Source: Vezdaea acicularis
Taxonomy: Eukaryota
Direction of reading: 5' to 3'
Length of the DNA: 64,000 bases
Assembly (NCBI GenBank): GCA_026025075.1
Contig: JAPEUI010000072.1
Location: 1 to 64,000 of the forward strand
The position numbers and the translations under genes were made by a program. The notes beneath the pieces were generated by a model. That model saw only the letters and a list, made by a program, of their open reading frames with translations, was not told where the DNA came from and ran no database searches. Below are positions 37,506-54,005 of this stretch, piece after piece (the first letter of the stretch is position 1; each line of letters opens with the position of its first letter).

Positions 37506-39522
37506 ATGAGCCTGTCCAGAGTGCCGGGCGACGAGAAATTGTATATCGGAGGGTGAGTACCCAAAATGGCACGCCTTGCGCCCGTCCCAACGCTAGCACG
37601 TGAGGAGGCATGTTGTCTCAAAAGAATCTTGACTGACAGCAGCCAATCATGGCGGCGCATCGCAGATTCATCAACCTTCGTCGCAAGCAAGCCCTTGCCG
37701 ATGCGGACATCACCCATGTGCTCTCCGTCGTGCGTGGGCCCGTCGCCAGCGATTTAATTGCAGACTTCACGCAGCTGCAGATCGAGGTGGATGATGTCGA
37801 GCATGAAAACTTGCTCGGACATTTCGCCACCGCCAATCGCTTCATTCGCGACGGACTGGATGGCGGAGGCGGTGTGCTGGTGCACTGGTGGGTCTCCATC
37901 TTTTTTTACTTCACCTGAGGCTTGAGAATCTCCACCAACGACACGCGTCCCCATGAGCGTCGCTAGAGGCCTTACAGCCCTGCGTTGCTGCACTGGTTGT
38001 CGCCTTGCATTTTCGTGCGTGTTTTGTTTACCGTGGTTAGGGCAGCCGCCCTCTCGCTACCGCCGTTACCTCTTCCCGATAACCTTTTTTTCTTCTCAAA
38101 ATCGTGCTTTACTATCGACGATTTACCATAACCTGGCTTAGATTCCCATGTTTGAGCACGTTCCTTCTAAACAGAACTTTGAAAATTTTTATAATCAAGA
38201 CCTCCACTCGTTTAGACTTTCTTTCCTGTTCAGATCTTCATTCCCTCTGGCGGCAGCCCCACTACTTAGCCGTCACCGTTTGCGTCTGATGCGTCAAACA
38301 TGTCTTTCCTCCTTCCTTGATAATTGAACTTCAAATCGCTGACGAAGCACGAACGACTCCTTCATCATTATCTTCCCTGCTTCCTCGGATGACACCCGTC
38401 GGGTGGCATCCGGAAAGGCCCTTTTTACGAGCCTTGATTCCAGTCTCAGATCCTTTTCGTATTCATTTCTTACTTCCATCCGACAATAACCGGACCGGAA
38501 TTTTCCTTCCCTACCCCTGCTTCGATCCCTCTCGCCACGTTTTTCCCCTTTGCACTCCCCACGATCCATTCCGCTTCTCTTCTTCCGAATGGTTCAAGCT
38601 GACATGTGAATGCAGCGCAATGGGCAAATCCCGCTCGGCCACGATGATTCTCGCGTACCTCCTGTCTCCATTCTCCCCGTCTCACTCACCAGCCCTCACA
38701 CCCGAGACCGCCCTCTCTATCCTCCGCAGCGTCCGTCCGATGGCCGAGCCAAACCCAGGCTTCATGTCTCAACTCGCCCTGTACCACACTATGGGCTATC
38801 CTCCGGACCCGGCCTTGCACCCACTCTACCAGCGCTGGCTCTTTGCGCGCGATGTCGAGGAGAGCATCGCAAGCGGCCGAGTCCCAGAGGAGATCCGCTT
38901 TGAAGACGAGCTAAGCACCGAGCATGACCAGCGGTACGGTGTCGAGGGCGACGGTCAAGACTCTCCAGTGACAAGCAGCGAACCCGGTGCTGTTGCAGCG
39001 TATGAGACGGATGCAATGGCGGCAAGCGCGGAGCTTACAGAATACCGCTGCCGCCACTGCCGCACCCTTTTGACATCAACCCCCTATCTCGTCTCCCACA
39101 CCTCTCACCCCTCCACCTCAGACCCGAACGAAGCAGAAACCATAGACCCCTCCTGGCCGCCAACTCATCCCTCCTACAAACCCTCTTTTCCAGCAAGTCC
39201 CCCGAGCCTGGAAGGGTGCGCACATGTGCACACTCATCCCCTTTCCTGGATGCGACCGGAGCTCACAGAGGGAAAGCTGGAAGGGCGACTCGATTGTCCA
39301 GGACGGAGGTGTGGAAGGAACGTGGGCAAGTACGCGTGGCAGGGCTTGAAGTGCTCGTGTGGAATATGGGTCACCCCGGGCTTTGCGGTCGCGAAGGGCA
39401 GGGTCGATGCTGTTGTCAAAAATGGGAAGGGGGTCGAGGAGGTGGGGATTAGGTTGCCGCCGGGTATGAGGGGGGAGGGGGGTAGCGAAAATTGTCGGGT
39501 GAAGCTGAAGATGGAAGAATAG
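37506..39522 (+). CDS. YVH1: Dual-specificity phosphatase Yvh1/DUSP12 with C-terminal zinc-binding domain (introns 37553-37665 and 37888-38615)
   Basis: KLYIGG...ITHVLSV...VDDVEHENLLGHF...GGGVLVHC-AMGKSRSAT; AEPNPGFMSQL; YRCRHCR...CAH...GRLDCP..CGRNVGKYAWQGLKCSCGIWVTP. Confidence 0.93.
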
Positions 39523-39927
39523 GTTAGGGGGTTGAGGAAGAGTAGTAGAGAAAGTCTGAATGTAATGCTATCCTCTTTATGCGACTCAGGACAAGGAATT
39601 CGTCTCGTGCGGTGATTTATGCTCAGGCGGTGGGATGTCATTCCTGGTACTATGGCTAGCGGGCTGAATTACGCGCAATAGAAGTGCGGGATGCGACTGG
39701 AGCTCCGGAGAGTAGCTGCGCGAAGGTTGGTGGAGCACGGTGTGAGAGCGTAGAGAAAGGGCTGAGGTGCTTAATTTCTAAGCAATAGAAGCCTGCGGAG
39801 AGGCTATACGACTGCGGGCGGAATCGGCGTTGGAACGGCAAGCATTGCATGGCGAGATGCCGCCTGACTGGGAGAAAGAGGTATATTCTATATGATTCCG
39901 AGCCTAGACCGAGCGAGAAGATCTAAT

Positions 39928-42073
39928 CTACGCCGCGACCGCCTCTCTCGCCTTCCTCATCTCCGCCTCACTGACCCTCAACTCGCGAGCAAACCCGCCA
40001 AATGCCGTGACTAAACTGCCTAGTGCGTATTTCAGACACTGCTCGACCTGATTGATACCCTCCCACTTACCCCTTTCCTCCTCCACAAACTCCACATCCG
40101 TCCAGTGCACTTTGACGTATTGCCGAAAGGCTTGCACGGCTCCCAAGATGCGGCGGAGATCGGTCATTAAGGTGCCGACGCTGCCTTGTACCTTCCCATA
40201 CGGATCCTCGTCAAGCGAGCAGACGGCGAGGCGGGCAGCGGAGTCGATGGCTGCGCAGAGGACGCCAGCGTCGCCGTATGGGGTGCCTAGTATGACAGAG
40301 TGAGCGGCCCGTGAAGTGGTCCGTCGGAAGAAAGAGCCCGGCCAAGATTGGAGAAAGGCGAGAAGCCAAGGGCTGGTTTTGTCGCGAAGGTGTTGAGGGG
40401 AGAGCGCCTGCTTTTGAGATGGGGAGAGGGTACGATCGACGCCCCATTGGAGCGCGCCCTTGATTTTGGGGCTTAGGTGCGGCTGCGGAGAAGAACCTGG
40501 ACTGCTGATACTTTTCGCTACTGCGCCGACTTTCGCGGTGGTCGTTTGAGGAGGAGGGGGGTTGGTTGTGATAGGGTCCTGGTGGATGGGTTTGGCGATG
40601 CGAGGAAGCGGCTGTGGGTTGCCGGAATACTTTGGCGGGGGAGCCGGGGGAGGTGAGAGGGATATTTGGTAGGCCTTAATGCGAGATTCTATGCCGTTAA
40701 TCTGGTCATAGGCAGCGCCTAGGATTTGAGAATACGTAGAGGAGCCATTGCGGTCTAATTCCTCGTATATGGTTTTGCGCCGCGACGGAAAACGATACGC
40801 AATGTACATTAATTCCCAAAAGGCAAATGCCTGATAAGTTTAGCTGGCACTTCATGACATTTCTAGTCGGGGCTAAGGAGGAAGCTCACCCTTGGAACTG
40901 ATTTCTTAGATTTCAAGCCATTGATGAGAGCACCATTGGGGTCCTTTGAGTCCGATGAGAGCGGTTGTCCCTTTTTCAATGGCTCCAACGTTACGTAGGA
41001 CCCAAAGAAAAGATTTGCAAGTTTCCAAAGCGCCAATAGCAACATACCCGTCCAGAGAGATTGTCCAAGAATTGTGATGTGGAATGGAAGTGTATTGGGA
41101 GGTTGCGTTTCAGACCTAAGACTCCAGATATGCTGGGCGAAGAAAAGGTGCCATTTCCACAATGTCTTTCGGAGGAAGAAGTAGTATATGAAAGGCCCAG
41201 CCAACATGGTCGCGAGTGCAGTCGTAACAGCTTCGATTGCAATAGGAAGAAGTCGACCTTTTATTCTCTCGAGTGGAGGTGTTGCAGCAGCAGGGTGATC
41301 TTCTAGGTTTTGATCGGGCCTAAATTTAGGTACCGGTATTACGATTCGATCGTAGTCTCGGTACAGATGGACGAAGCTCTGTGTGATCGCGAGCATAAAG
41401 AAAAAACTCTTCAGATAAATAGGTCGCTCATTGAGCCGATCCCGTTCGTAAAGTCTGTTGTAGTCTGTTAGCCATAAGCTATAGCCACAGGTTATATTAC
41501 ATCATCCTACTTGACCACTTTTAGCCACCCAAGATCAGCGCTTGTATCTGTGGACCATACGTATATTTCCCCAAAGAACCAAGCGGAAAATAGGTATATA
41601 ATTAGAGTTGCTAGGGTGCCTTTTCGGAAGGTGTATTTTTGAAGTGTCTGAGATGGAGAGGCCGTATTCCTGATTCCAACTGTAGTGGTTCTAGTCAGTC
41701 TTATATACATATATGAGGGGCAACGAAAGTCCTTACCGTGTAGTTGAGCAACCCGAAGGATGAATATGACGAACACGGAGACAAAGAGGAGAAGAGTACG
41801 AATGCCAGTATACCCTAGTGGAAACCAGAACCATAGTACTAGACATTGATCAAATCAGCTATCTACATATGGTATGCGCATGGTCCCCTCGAAATCCCTA
41901 AGACAACGATTTCAGATTTACTAACAGGAAGTCTTGTCGCTAAGGAGAACAGCTTCAGCATAACAGGCTGCTAAAGATAACACCGCTGCTTTTGTGAATC
42001 TCCGATGTAAGGACGGCGTCAGGAAATCTTTATAGAACCGCCTTGGCCCAGCAACTTTTGGTGGAACCGCCAT
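39928..42073 (-). CDS. NDC1: Nucleoporin / spindle-pole-body membrane protein Ndc1 (multi-exon)
   Basis: YKDFLTPSLHRRFTKAA, GIRTLLLF...LRVAQLH, DRLNERPIYL, PLKKGQPLSSDSKDPNGALINGL, AFWEL...RRKTIYEELDR, SLDEDPYGKVQ. Confidence 0.9.
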
Positions 42074-42484
42074 ATTGCCCTTCGTGGTTCGAGATTTTCA
42101 AATGACTCTTTCAATTCCTCGCTGCGCTATAAGGATATCCCCATCGGAGGCGACACATGCCTCAAGGACGTGTCAAGAGGTTTAGAACAAAGGGTTGCCC
42201 TCTGAATACTTTGGATAAGTCGCTTCCAAAAATCGAGCTCACAGTCGCGTGTTTACCGCGATTTACGCAGCGGGCAATTTCAAGGCCAAAACATTCGCCA
42301 AGAGTTTATGGTCGCCTTATCCAGGCTACTTTCGCTAGTTCATCACTAAACGCATCACCACATGCGATTACGAATTCTCGCACTCCTTCCATAGCAAGGC
42401 AGTATTGTTCAACGAATTCTCACATGATCTGAAAGCAAGTCCACTAGTCAAAATTCGAATACCTTATAGCTTGGTAACATCTTA

Positions 42485-43360
42485 ATGTCGTTCGATCGAC
42501 TGCCAGCGCTAGAGTCGCAGCCAACGACCCTACGTCGCGGCGAAGACCCGCAGTATGCCGATGATCCAGAGTTTCAAAGCCTTACAACGAAGCTCTCTGC
42601 TCAGCTGTTTCAACTCACATCCAACATCTCAAGACTCTCGAATCAAGTAGCTCTGCTGGGAACGAAGCGCGACACGGAGCGAGTTCGGGAGCGAGTACAT
42701 GACCTATTGGAAGAGACGAAGGATGGCTTCAAAGACGTTGGTGAGGGTATAAAGAGGGTTCAAGCGTGGGAAGATGTCAGCGTATGTACCAATCCGGATC
42801 GTGAAGATTGTCCAAGCTTAACATACATTTGCCAGCCCACCCAGAAATATACGCAGCAAAAGCTTTCGCGGGAATTCCAGGCATCTCTAAGAGAGTTTCA
42901 AACAGTGCAACGTTCGGCGCTAGAGAAGCAACGTGCCTCCGCTAGTGCTGCTCGAAGTGCCCTCGATGAGGGCTCCTCTACCGGCCTGTCACAAGGCCCT
43001 GATGGATCACAACAGCAATTCCAGCAGCAAGAACAACCTCAGCTTGCCTCCCAGGACGAAGTTAACTTCCAGGAATCCCTTATCATTGAACGCGAGTCTG
43101 AGATCAGAAATATTGAGCAATCAGTCGGTGAATTGAATGAGCTCTTCAGAGATGTGGCTCATATAGTCAGTGAGCAAGGGCAGCAATTGGACATCATCTC
43201 AGAGAATGTCGAGAATACTCGTACGGATACGAGAGGTGCGGACGTCGAGCTAAGATCCGCGAGCCGATATCAAAAGAACGCGCGTAACAAATCTTGCTGT
43301 CTATTATTGGTATTAGCAGTTATCCTCACCATTATCATACTGGCTGTTACCATACCTTGA
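42485..43360 (+). CDS. PEP12: Endosomal/vacuolar syntaxin (Pep12/Vam3-like Qa-SNARE); probable in-frame 54-nt intron 42782-42835
   Basis: Habc region LLGTKRDTERVRERVH; SNARE motif IIERESEIRNIEQSVGELNELFRDVAHIVSEQGQQLDII; C-terminal TM helix. Confidence 0.88.
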   Translation: MSFDRLPALESQPTTLRRGEDPQYADDPEFQSLTTKLSAQLFQLTSNISRLSNQVALLGTKRDTERVRERVHDLLEETKDGFKDVGEGIKRVQAWEDVSVCTNPDREDCPSLTYICQPTQKYTQQKLSREFQASLREFQTVQRSALEKQRASASAARSALDEGSSTGLSQGPDGSQQQFQQQEQPQLASQDEVNFQESLIIERESEIRNIEQSVGELNELFRDVAHIVSEQGQQLDIISENVENTRTDTRGADVELRSASRYQKNARNKSCCLLLVLAVILTIIILAVTIP

Positions 43361-43576
43361 ATTGTAGCTGTACAAGTTTTTGTAAGGGAGTGGGGTTTGG
43401 TGATTGGTCTCTATGGAGTTCACGGGAATTCTTCAGACTTGAGCTAGATTTGAGGATGCCATTAATTCACAATGGGGCTAGCTCTATATCTATGATACAG
43501 ATACTTCGTCCGAAAGCCAATCCCCGATGCTAATTGATGCACTTCAAAGATCCTAAACGCCGCCGATGCTACGTGT

Positions 43577-44397
43577 CTAAACTAAACCAACAAGCCGTGA
43601 CGCTCTCATCTTCCAGCCTTCCCAGGTATCCAACTTTGGTCGAACGTCTAGATAGAAGTTGAGGCTCTTGCCAGCTTTCCCTTCGTCTTTTCCAGAATAA
43701 AAGTCTATGACATAGCCCACTTTGGTACCACATCGGTCAACGACCCAGTCATGGCGGTCGAACGGAGCATGATATCCAAGTAAAGTATTAAATCGTGCTT
43801 TAGGAGTCATTGCTAATGCTGTTCCACTGAAAGAGTCAAGGCGAGGTCCCCCACACCTTCACGGCGGTCAGCAGCTGCTCACTAGATCAATCAAGCGCAG
43901 AGGGTGCACCTGTCAGCTCCCCACCCTTTCTCCCATCTGCGGATCTCCATCCATACCCTTTCATTGACCGCATTGTGAATTGGAATGATTGTCTTCATGT
44001 CTTCTGCCTTTGGATCATAGTTCTTCCTTTTCATCGCGTTGAAAAACATCTGCTCGCTTGGGTATATCCAGTTACCGGTCCTAGCATCTTTCCCACTCTC
44101 ATGCTCGTTGTTCGCAGGGCTTCTGGTTGACGTTCCAGTACCAACATTTCCGCGAGGAATCGACGAGATAGCGCGCTCCGAATCAAGTACATCTTTGAAA
44201 GCCCCTCTCGACTTCGGAAGTGACAGTGCTTTCGCGGGTTCACCCTGGTCGATTTTGGAGGAGTCGCAGCTGTCACCCACGAGGGGGTTTGAAGTTGAGG
44301 ATTTGGAAGGCGCATCACGAGTCTTTTCAAGCCAGGCAGCGCGCGCAGCTGGATCAACTGGGCAGGCTGCTGGCGCATCCTCAGATGTTTTCGTCAT
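43577..44397 (-). CDS. CYT2: Holocytochrome c1 synthase (cytochrome c1 heme lyase); intron 43857-43909; an upstream in-frame ATG lies at 44427
   Basis: CPV heme-regulatory motif, NWIYPSEQMFFNAMKRK, IHNAVNERVW, TPKARF, PFDRHDWVVDRCG, YVIDFY, YLDVRP. Confidence 0.85.
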
Positions 44398-44767
44398 ATT
44401 GACAGCGGCTTTATGTCGCATATCCAAGTCATCGATTCCTAGAGCTTTCGGTAACTCCGAGTGCTAGCGCGGAACATCCTGATTGGTTCATTTCTCATTG
44501 CGGACTTGCGGACTTCCGAGATGCACACCAAAGCGGGTTTGAAGGAGGCGGTTCACCCTCGGACAACATTTGTTGTCCGTCCGCCTGTGAAGCGGAGAAC
44601 CTTGATATTGCTGGTATCGTCCAACAATGAGACGAATCCCACAGTAATTGTAAACCTTCGAGCAGGGAGAATCCGCAATCACTAGCACTTCTGAAAGCTC
44701 TATCGGTCTCCCGAGATTTTTAAGATCGCGCAGTCAATAGCTAAGCCAAGGTTAAGCAAACACCGTC

Positions 44768-46004
44768 ATGGCTGAAGGGAGGGTCTATCAATCGAGTACG
44801 ACCGCTCCGGTGAACATTGCTGTCATAAAGTGAGCCTTGTTCTTGTTCATTGGAAGGTGTTCAGCTAAGCCCAATGTCTAGATATTGGGGCAAAAGAGAT
44901 CCAACACTCAATCTTCCCACAAATTCCTCTCTATCCGTCACACTTGCACAATCCGATCTCCGGACGCATACCACGGCTTCTTGTTCAGCGAAGTTCTCCC
45001 CGCCGGATACGCTACTCCTTAATGGGTCGCCGCAGGACATAAGCTCACATCGACCTGTAGCTTGTATTCGCGAGCTACGTACGCTCCGAACGAGCTTAGA
45101 AGCAGCTAATCCAGACCTTCCAAAGCTCTCCACCTTGCCTCTTCGTTTAGTTTCCGAGAATAACTTCCCTACAGCGGCTGGACTGGCTAGCTCTGCTGCA
45201 GGTTTTGCAGCCTTCGTTCGTGCTATTGCGGACCTTTACGAGCTACCAGTGACCCCGACAGAGCTCTCCAGAATTGCGAGGCAAGGCTCTGGATCTGCAT
45301 GTCGCTCTTTATTTGGGGGTTACGTCGCGTGGAGGCACGGGGAGCTACCGGATGGCACCGATTCCATGGCAGTCCAGGTTGCCCCAGCTTCACATTGGCC
45401 TGAAATGCGAGCACTTATATTAGTCGTCTCAGCATCCAAAAAAGATGTCAGTAGTACTACTGGAATGCAGACTACAGTGAAGACAAGCACTCTTTTTCCG
45501 ACACGGGCGAACACGGTAGTACCACAGCGTATGTCAGAAATGGAGCTCGCAATCCAGGAGAAGAATTTTGGTGTATTTGGGATGGTAACAATGCGGGAGA
45601 GCAACAGCTTCCATGCTACATGCCTAGACACAGATCCGCCGATATTCTACCTGAACGACGTATCCCGTGCGGCTATCAGAGTGGTCGAGCAGGTCAACCT
45701 TGCCGCTGGACGGATCATTGCTGCGTACACCTTCGATGCCGGTCCCAACGCAGTCATATACTTTCTTGAAGAACACAAGAACGAAGTAGCTGGGATCTTC
45801 AAGGAAGCCTTAGGCTCTTTAGAAGGCTGGGAAGGAAAGGGTGAGACGATCAAGGCTACAAAGACCACAGGAGTCGATGAGAAGTACCTCGCCGTTCTGA
45901 AGGACGGCGTGAGTAGAGTCATCCTTACCAGTGTAGGGGAAGGTCCTATCAAAGTTGATCAGCATCTCACAGTTGAAGACGATAGCACCACCAAGGAAGG
46001 ATGA
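44768..46004 (+). CDS. MVD1: Diphosphomevalonate decarboxylase (intron 44830-44881)
   Basis: TTAPVNIAVIK-YWGKRD, NNFPTAAGLASSAAGFAA, ARQGSGSACRS, AYTFDAGPNAV. Confidence 0.97.
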
Positions 46005-46695
46005 TCCAGCCGACAGCAGCGGTCTTCTAAAGCATCCGATTACTCATACTATCAACGCATGAAGGATAAGATATCACCTAAATATTCCATTATAATTGTG
46101 GGATGTAGATCTGTCTAGTTAAATGAAGGCCATGGTTGCGTTGATTTCCAATAAATATCTTTCGGTAGTGCGGACTAGTAGGGCTTCACCATAGTTCTTG
46201 GAAAACGAGCTCACGTGAATATGGCAATAGCCTCAAGCTATTCGAGTGCCTGGGTGCGCGTACTACGAAGGATACAGTCCGGATTCTCTAATCTGGCAAT
46301 CTCTGGTACAACAACCCTCAAAGATGTAGCAACTCGCGTTGATAAAGTGAGATTTATCCTAGGCACTGCCAAGTCGTGAACATAACGAGAGAGCATTCAT
46401 TTAGGAGGTGATCATTCGAATAATAAAATGCTTTAAATATATTGAATGGACACTATCAAAGTGATAGCTTGCAAACAAAAACAGTTTGAATTGCCTCAGG
46501 CCCCATCGTCGAAGACTACTCCGCCAAAGCTGTTTGCTAGGGAGGGGTACTTGTACGCCTCGGCAAACCATCAAGCTCGCAGCTCGAGACTCGCGCCCTT
46601 TCTACCCACCTCCCTCCCGACTTGCGCCAAGAATGTCCAATTGAGCTTACCTGTTGTCGGTATAAGCTGTGTTTTCTCTAGAGCAGTTGTTGAAC

Positions 46696-48512
46696 ATGTT
46701 GCTACCAAGTCAACGACTTTACATCGCCGCGTTCCACAGATTACGACCAAGATTTACATTAACTTGCTCAGCGCAAGCTTTACATCCCTCCACACATGAT
46801 AAACGACCAAACATACTGGCAACAACCCTACCCGCTCCACGTCTAGCAAGGTTCTCTACAATGCCTATACTGCACTCATCGATAGAGCCTAACCTGCGGC
46901 CACGAGACTATGATCCCGAAATCAAGGACATTGCTAGCTACATTCATCACTATAAAATCGATTCAAACTTGGCGGTATAACCATGGCTTCTAGCATGAGA
47001 TCCGTTGTAGTTGAGCTAATGTGAAATTTCAGTTTGACACAGCGCGCTTCGTATTTCTTGACACAATTGGCTGCGGTCTCGAGAGCCTGCGGTTCAAGGA
47101 ATGTGCAAAATTACTAGGGCCAGTCGTAGAAGGCACCGTGGTGCCTAACGGTACTCGTGTTCCTGGCACAACATATCAGTTAGACCCGGTCAATGGGGCA
47201 TTCAACATTGGTACTATGATTCGATGGCTCGACTACAACGACTGCTGGCTAGCGGCCGAATGGGGGCATCCGTCAGATAACCTTGGTGGTATCCTGGCCG
47301 TTGCGGACTGGATATCACGCACAAACCGGGCTGGTGGAAGTCTGGGTAATGGCAAAATTCTGAAGGTCAAGGATATCTTGGAAAGCATGATAAAAGCGCA
47401 CGAGATACAGGGGTGTCTTGCGTTGGAGAATTCGTACAATATGGTCGGATTAGATCACGTTGTACTCGTAAAAGTCGCAACTGCGGCTGTCGTTTCGAAA
47501 ATGCTTGGTTTGACTGAACAGCAGACAGCAGATGCGGTCACACAAGCGTGGGTCGATGGACAGAGTTTGAGGACATACAGACATTCTCCGAATACAATGT
47601 CGAGAAAATCTTGGGCAGCGGGTGACGCATGTCAAAGAGCCGTTAACCTTGTCCTGAAAGTGCAAAAGGGGGAGGGTGGCTTACCAACCGTGCTCTCCGC
47701 ACCTGTGTGGGGCTTTTATGATGTGTCATTTAGGGGTAAAAGTTTTAAATTTCAAAGACCATACGGGAACTATGTCATGGAGAACGTGCTGTTCAAAGTT
47801 TCTTATCCGGGTATTTTACCATCGGCCCTTAGAGTGTAACGCAGCTAACATTGGGAAGCCGAATTTCACTCACAGACCGCAATCGAAGCTGCGAAGCGTA
47901 TCCACGAACAACTCAAGCTAGGCGGCAAGTCCGCCGCAGATATCAAGGATATTACGATTCGCACTCATGAAGCTTGCATTCGCATTATTGATAAACAGTT
48001 CAAACCAATGGACAACTTCGCCGACAGGGATCATTGCATCCAGGTACCCAATCTTCGCTGCTCTTGCGCTAGAATATATCATTGACTTCACCCGATAGTA
48101 CATGGTAGCCACTATGCTAGTCTTCAACCGCCTTGAAGCAACTGACTACACCGATGGTGGTGAAGCTGCAACTTCGGCCCTTGTGGAATCGCTAAGAACG
48201 CGCATTTCATGTGTAGAAGACCCTCAATTTACGAAAGACTATCACGATGCTACACTTCGGAATATTCCAAACGCTTTGACGGTCACTTTAGACGATGGCA
48301 CTAAGTTGGAAGAGGTGGTGGTCGAGGCGCCTCTTGGCCATAAATTAAGAAGAGATGAAGCAAAGCCAGAGATACTAGCAAAGTATAAACGTCACCTAAG
48401 CCCTCATTTCTCACATAATAGAGTTAGAGAGCTTGTAGACCTAGGGAATGACGAAAAGAAGCTCTTGGAAATGGATATTGATAAATACATTGATTTGTAT
48501 GTTAAAAATTAG
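46696..48512 (+). CDS. PDH1: 2-methylcitrate dehydratase (PrpD family), mitochondrial precursor; 3 introns
   Basis: [77 protein letters not shown]. Confidence 0.95.
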
Positions 48513-48733
48513 ACTAGGCGCTCTTCAGAGACAAAGAGGCTTCGACTTGTATTCACCACTATTGCTACTCTATGCGCTCAAATCTTTATGCGGATATTGA
48601 AGCACTGCGAACTTGCGTCTCCAAAACGTGCATCGCTATCCGCTGGATCCAATCAGCAATTAAGGCAAAAAGTTTCTAAGCCGTATGCACATCGTATATC
48701 TATAACAATAAGGACTTAATATTATATTCAGCT

Positions 48734-48817
48734 GCTCCGGTGGCACAATTGGTTAGCGCGTGGGGCTTTTAATGCTAAGAGACCTCAAGGTTGCGAGTTC
48801 GAGCCTCGCCCGGAGCT
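48734..48817 (+). tRNA. tRNA-Lys(UUU) with a ~10-nt intron (48772-48781)
   Basis: Acceptor stem GCTCCGG/CCGGAGC, anticodon stem TGGGG/CCTCA, loop CT-TTT-A, T arm GCGAG-TTCGAGC-CTCGC, downstream T runs; the D stem has one A-C mismatch. Confidence 0.9.
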
Positions 48818-49036
48818 ATGAATTTTCTTTTGAATTTTCAATCCTAATTATTTTCAAATCGAGATCCAAGTTACACAAATATAAGGTGCCACAACAGATG
48901 AGATTTTTGCGCCAAGCGCTGATTCTTAGTTGGTGCCTACAAAGTAAAGTACTGCACATCGCGTCTACCGATTCGCGTGGCGCGTCGATGGAAAGTGGGA
49001 ATAGGCACAACGCTTCAAAGGCGAAGTTTCTGCTGA

Positions 49037-52746
<3,710 letters not shown>

Positions 52747-53219
52747 GTTGTCAATATTAAGCGAAGCTATGTTGAATGAGATACTATTATCCTGTTAGAT
52801 CATTGGTGGAGTCAATCATTGCTCAATTGGCTATGTAATCTTTGATCAGCAGATTTTGCCTCATCTAAGAGCAGGTATCACGTAGTGTAGGGTTTCGCCG
52901 GAGTCAAGAGATTAGTCAGCTCGCTAAACGACCGTCACAACATTCTCTACTACAAATCCAGGCGCTCAAGCTTTATTGGGTGGGTAGGTACACTTTGTGT
53001 CAATTTGTCAAGTTCAGTTGGTTAGTGAAATTCTCTCCTCTCTCCATTTCTCCATGCTACAGAAAATCAAAAGTGGCCCGCAGACTCTAGAGCTACTTCA
53101 TGCTCATGACTATCTCCAGCCAACGACTTTCATAACCCTCCGTGCCATGTCCACAAGGCACGCTTGCTACAGATTGCTTCGATACTAACTGACTTCAGAC
53201 CCATAGTGCACCGGTAATA

Positions 53220-54005
53220 ATGGCGAACCCTCGTATCGAAGAGCTTCCAGATGATCCTCCTACGAAGAAGGGCGCTGAAGTTGAGGATGCGTCCGACAGT
53301 TCAGATTCCGAGGTAGAGGCAGCTGGCGGAGACGAAGAATCTACAATTCCCACGGGTGCTTCTGTCACTGTACACTCACGAAATGAGAAAAAGGCTCGCA
53401 AATCAATCGCCAAGCTTGGATTAAAGCATGTCCCAGGCATCACAAGAGTCACGCTAAGAAGACCAAAGAACGTACGTGTGAAGAAACTTTCAATCCTATT
53501 CTTTACACCGCAGTGCGCTCAAATACATCAATGCTCGCCCTATGTGCTAAGTTGAGATGTCATAGATTCTGTTCGTCATTAGCCAGCCCGACGTATACAA
53601 GTCACCCTCGAGCAACACCTGGATGTGAGAATCTCTCCTCGATTTTTAACACATATCACTAATAGGTGTAGAATATTTGGCGAAGCTAAGATTGAAGATC
53701 TTAACTCACAGGCCCAGGCCAACGCAGCTCAATCGATGGTTGGTGGAGACCACGCTGGCCACGATCATGATCACGCAGGTCACGACCATCCGCATGACCA
53801 TGGCAAAGGAAAGGCGATCGATACTAATGAGACAAAGAAGGACGAGGATGAGGATGATGGAGAGGAAATTGACGATGAGGGAGTGGAAGATAAGGATATA
53901 GAGCTGGTCATGAGCCAAGCCAACGTTTCACGGAAGAAGGCTATTAAAGCACTCAAGGAAAACGACAACGATATTGTTAATTCCATTATGGCACTCAGCA
54001 TTTAG
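53220..54005 (+). CDS. EGD2: Nascent polypeptide-associated complex alpha subunit (introns 53472-53565 and 53625-53671)
   Basis: [57 protein letters not shown]-like [32 protein letters not shown]. Confidence 0.96.

Noticed and set aside
38317..38615. N-terminal 100 aa of ORF 38317-39522
   Set aside because: Intronic read-through; the conserved phosphatase N-terminus lies in upstream exons
43577..48512. CYT2-MVD1-PDH1 as a metabolic gene cluster
   Set aside because: Unrelated primary pathways with no backbone enzyme, transporter or regulator
48510..48720. Open frame continuing after the PDH1 stop (readthrough or cryptic PTS1)
   Set aside because: The stop context TAG-ACT is not a known leaky context and the extension does not end in an SKL-like tripeptide; ARG4 and MVD1 stops were likewise negative
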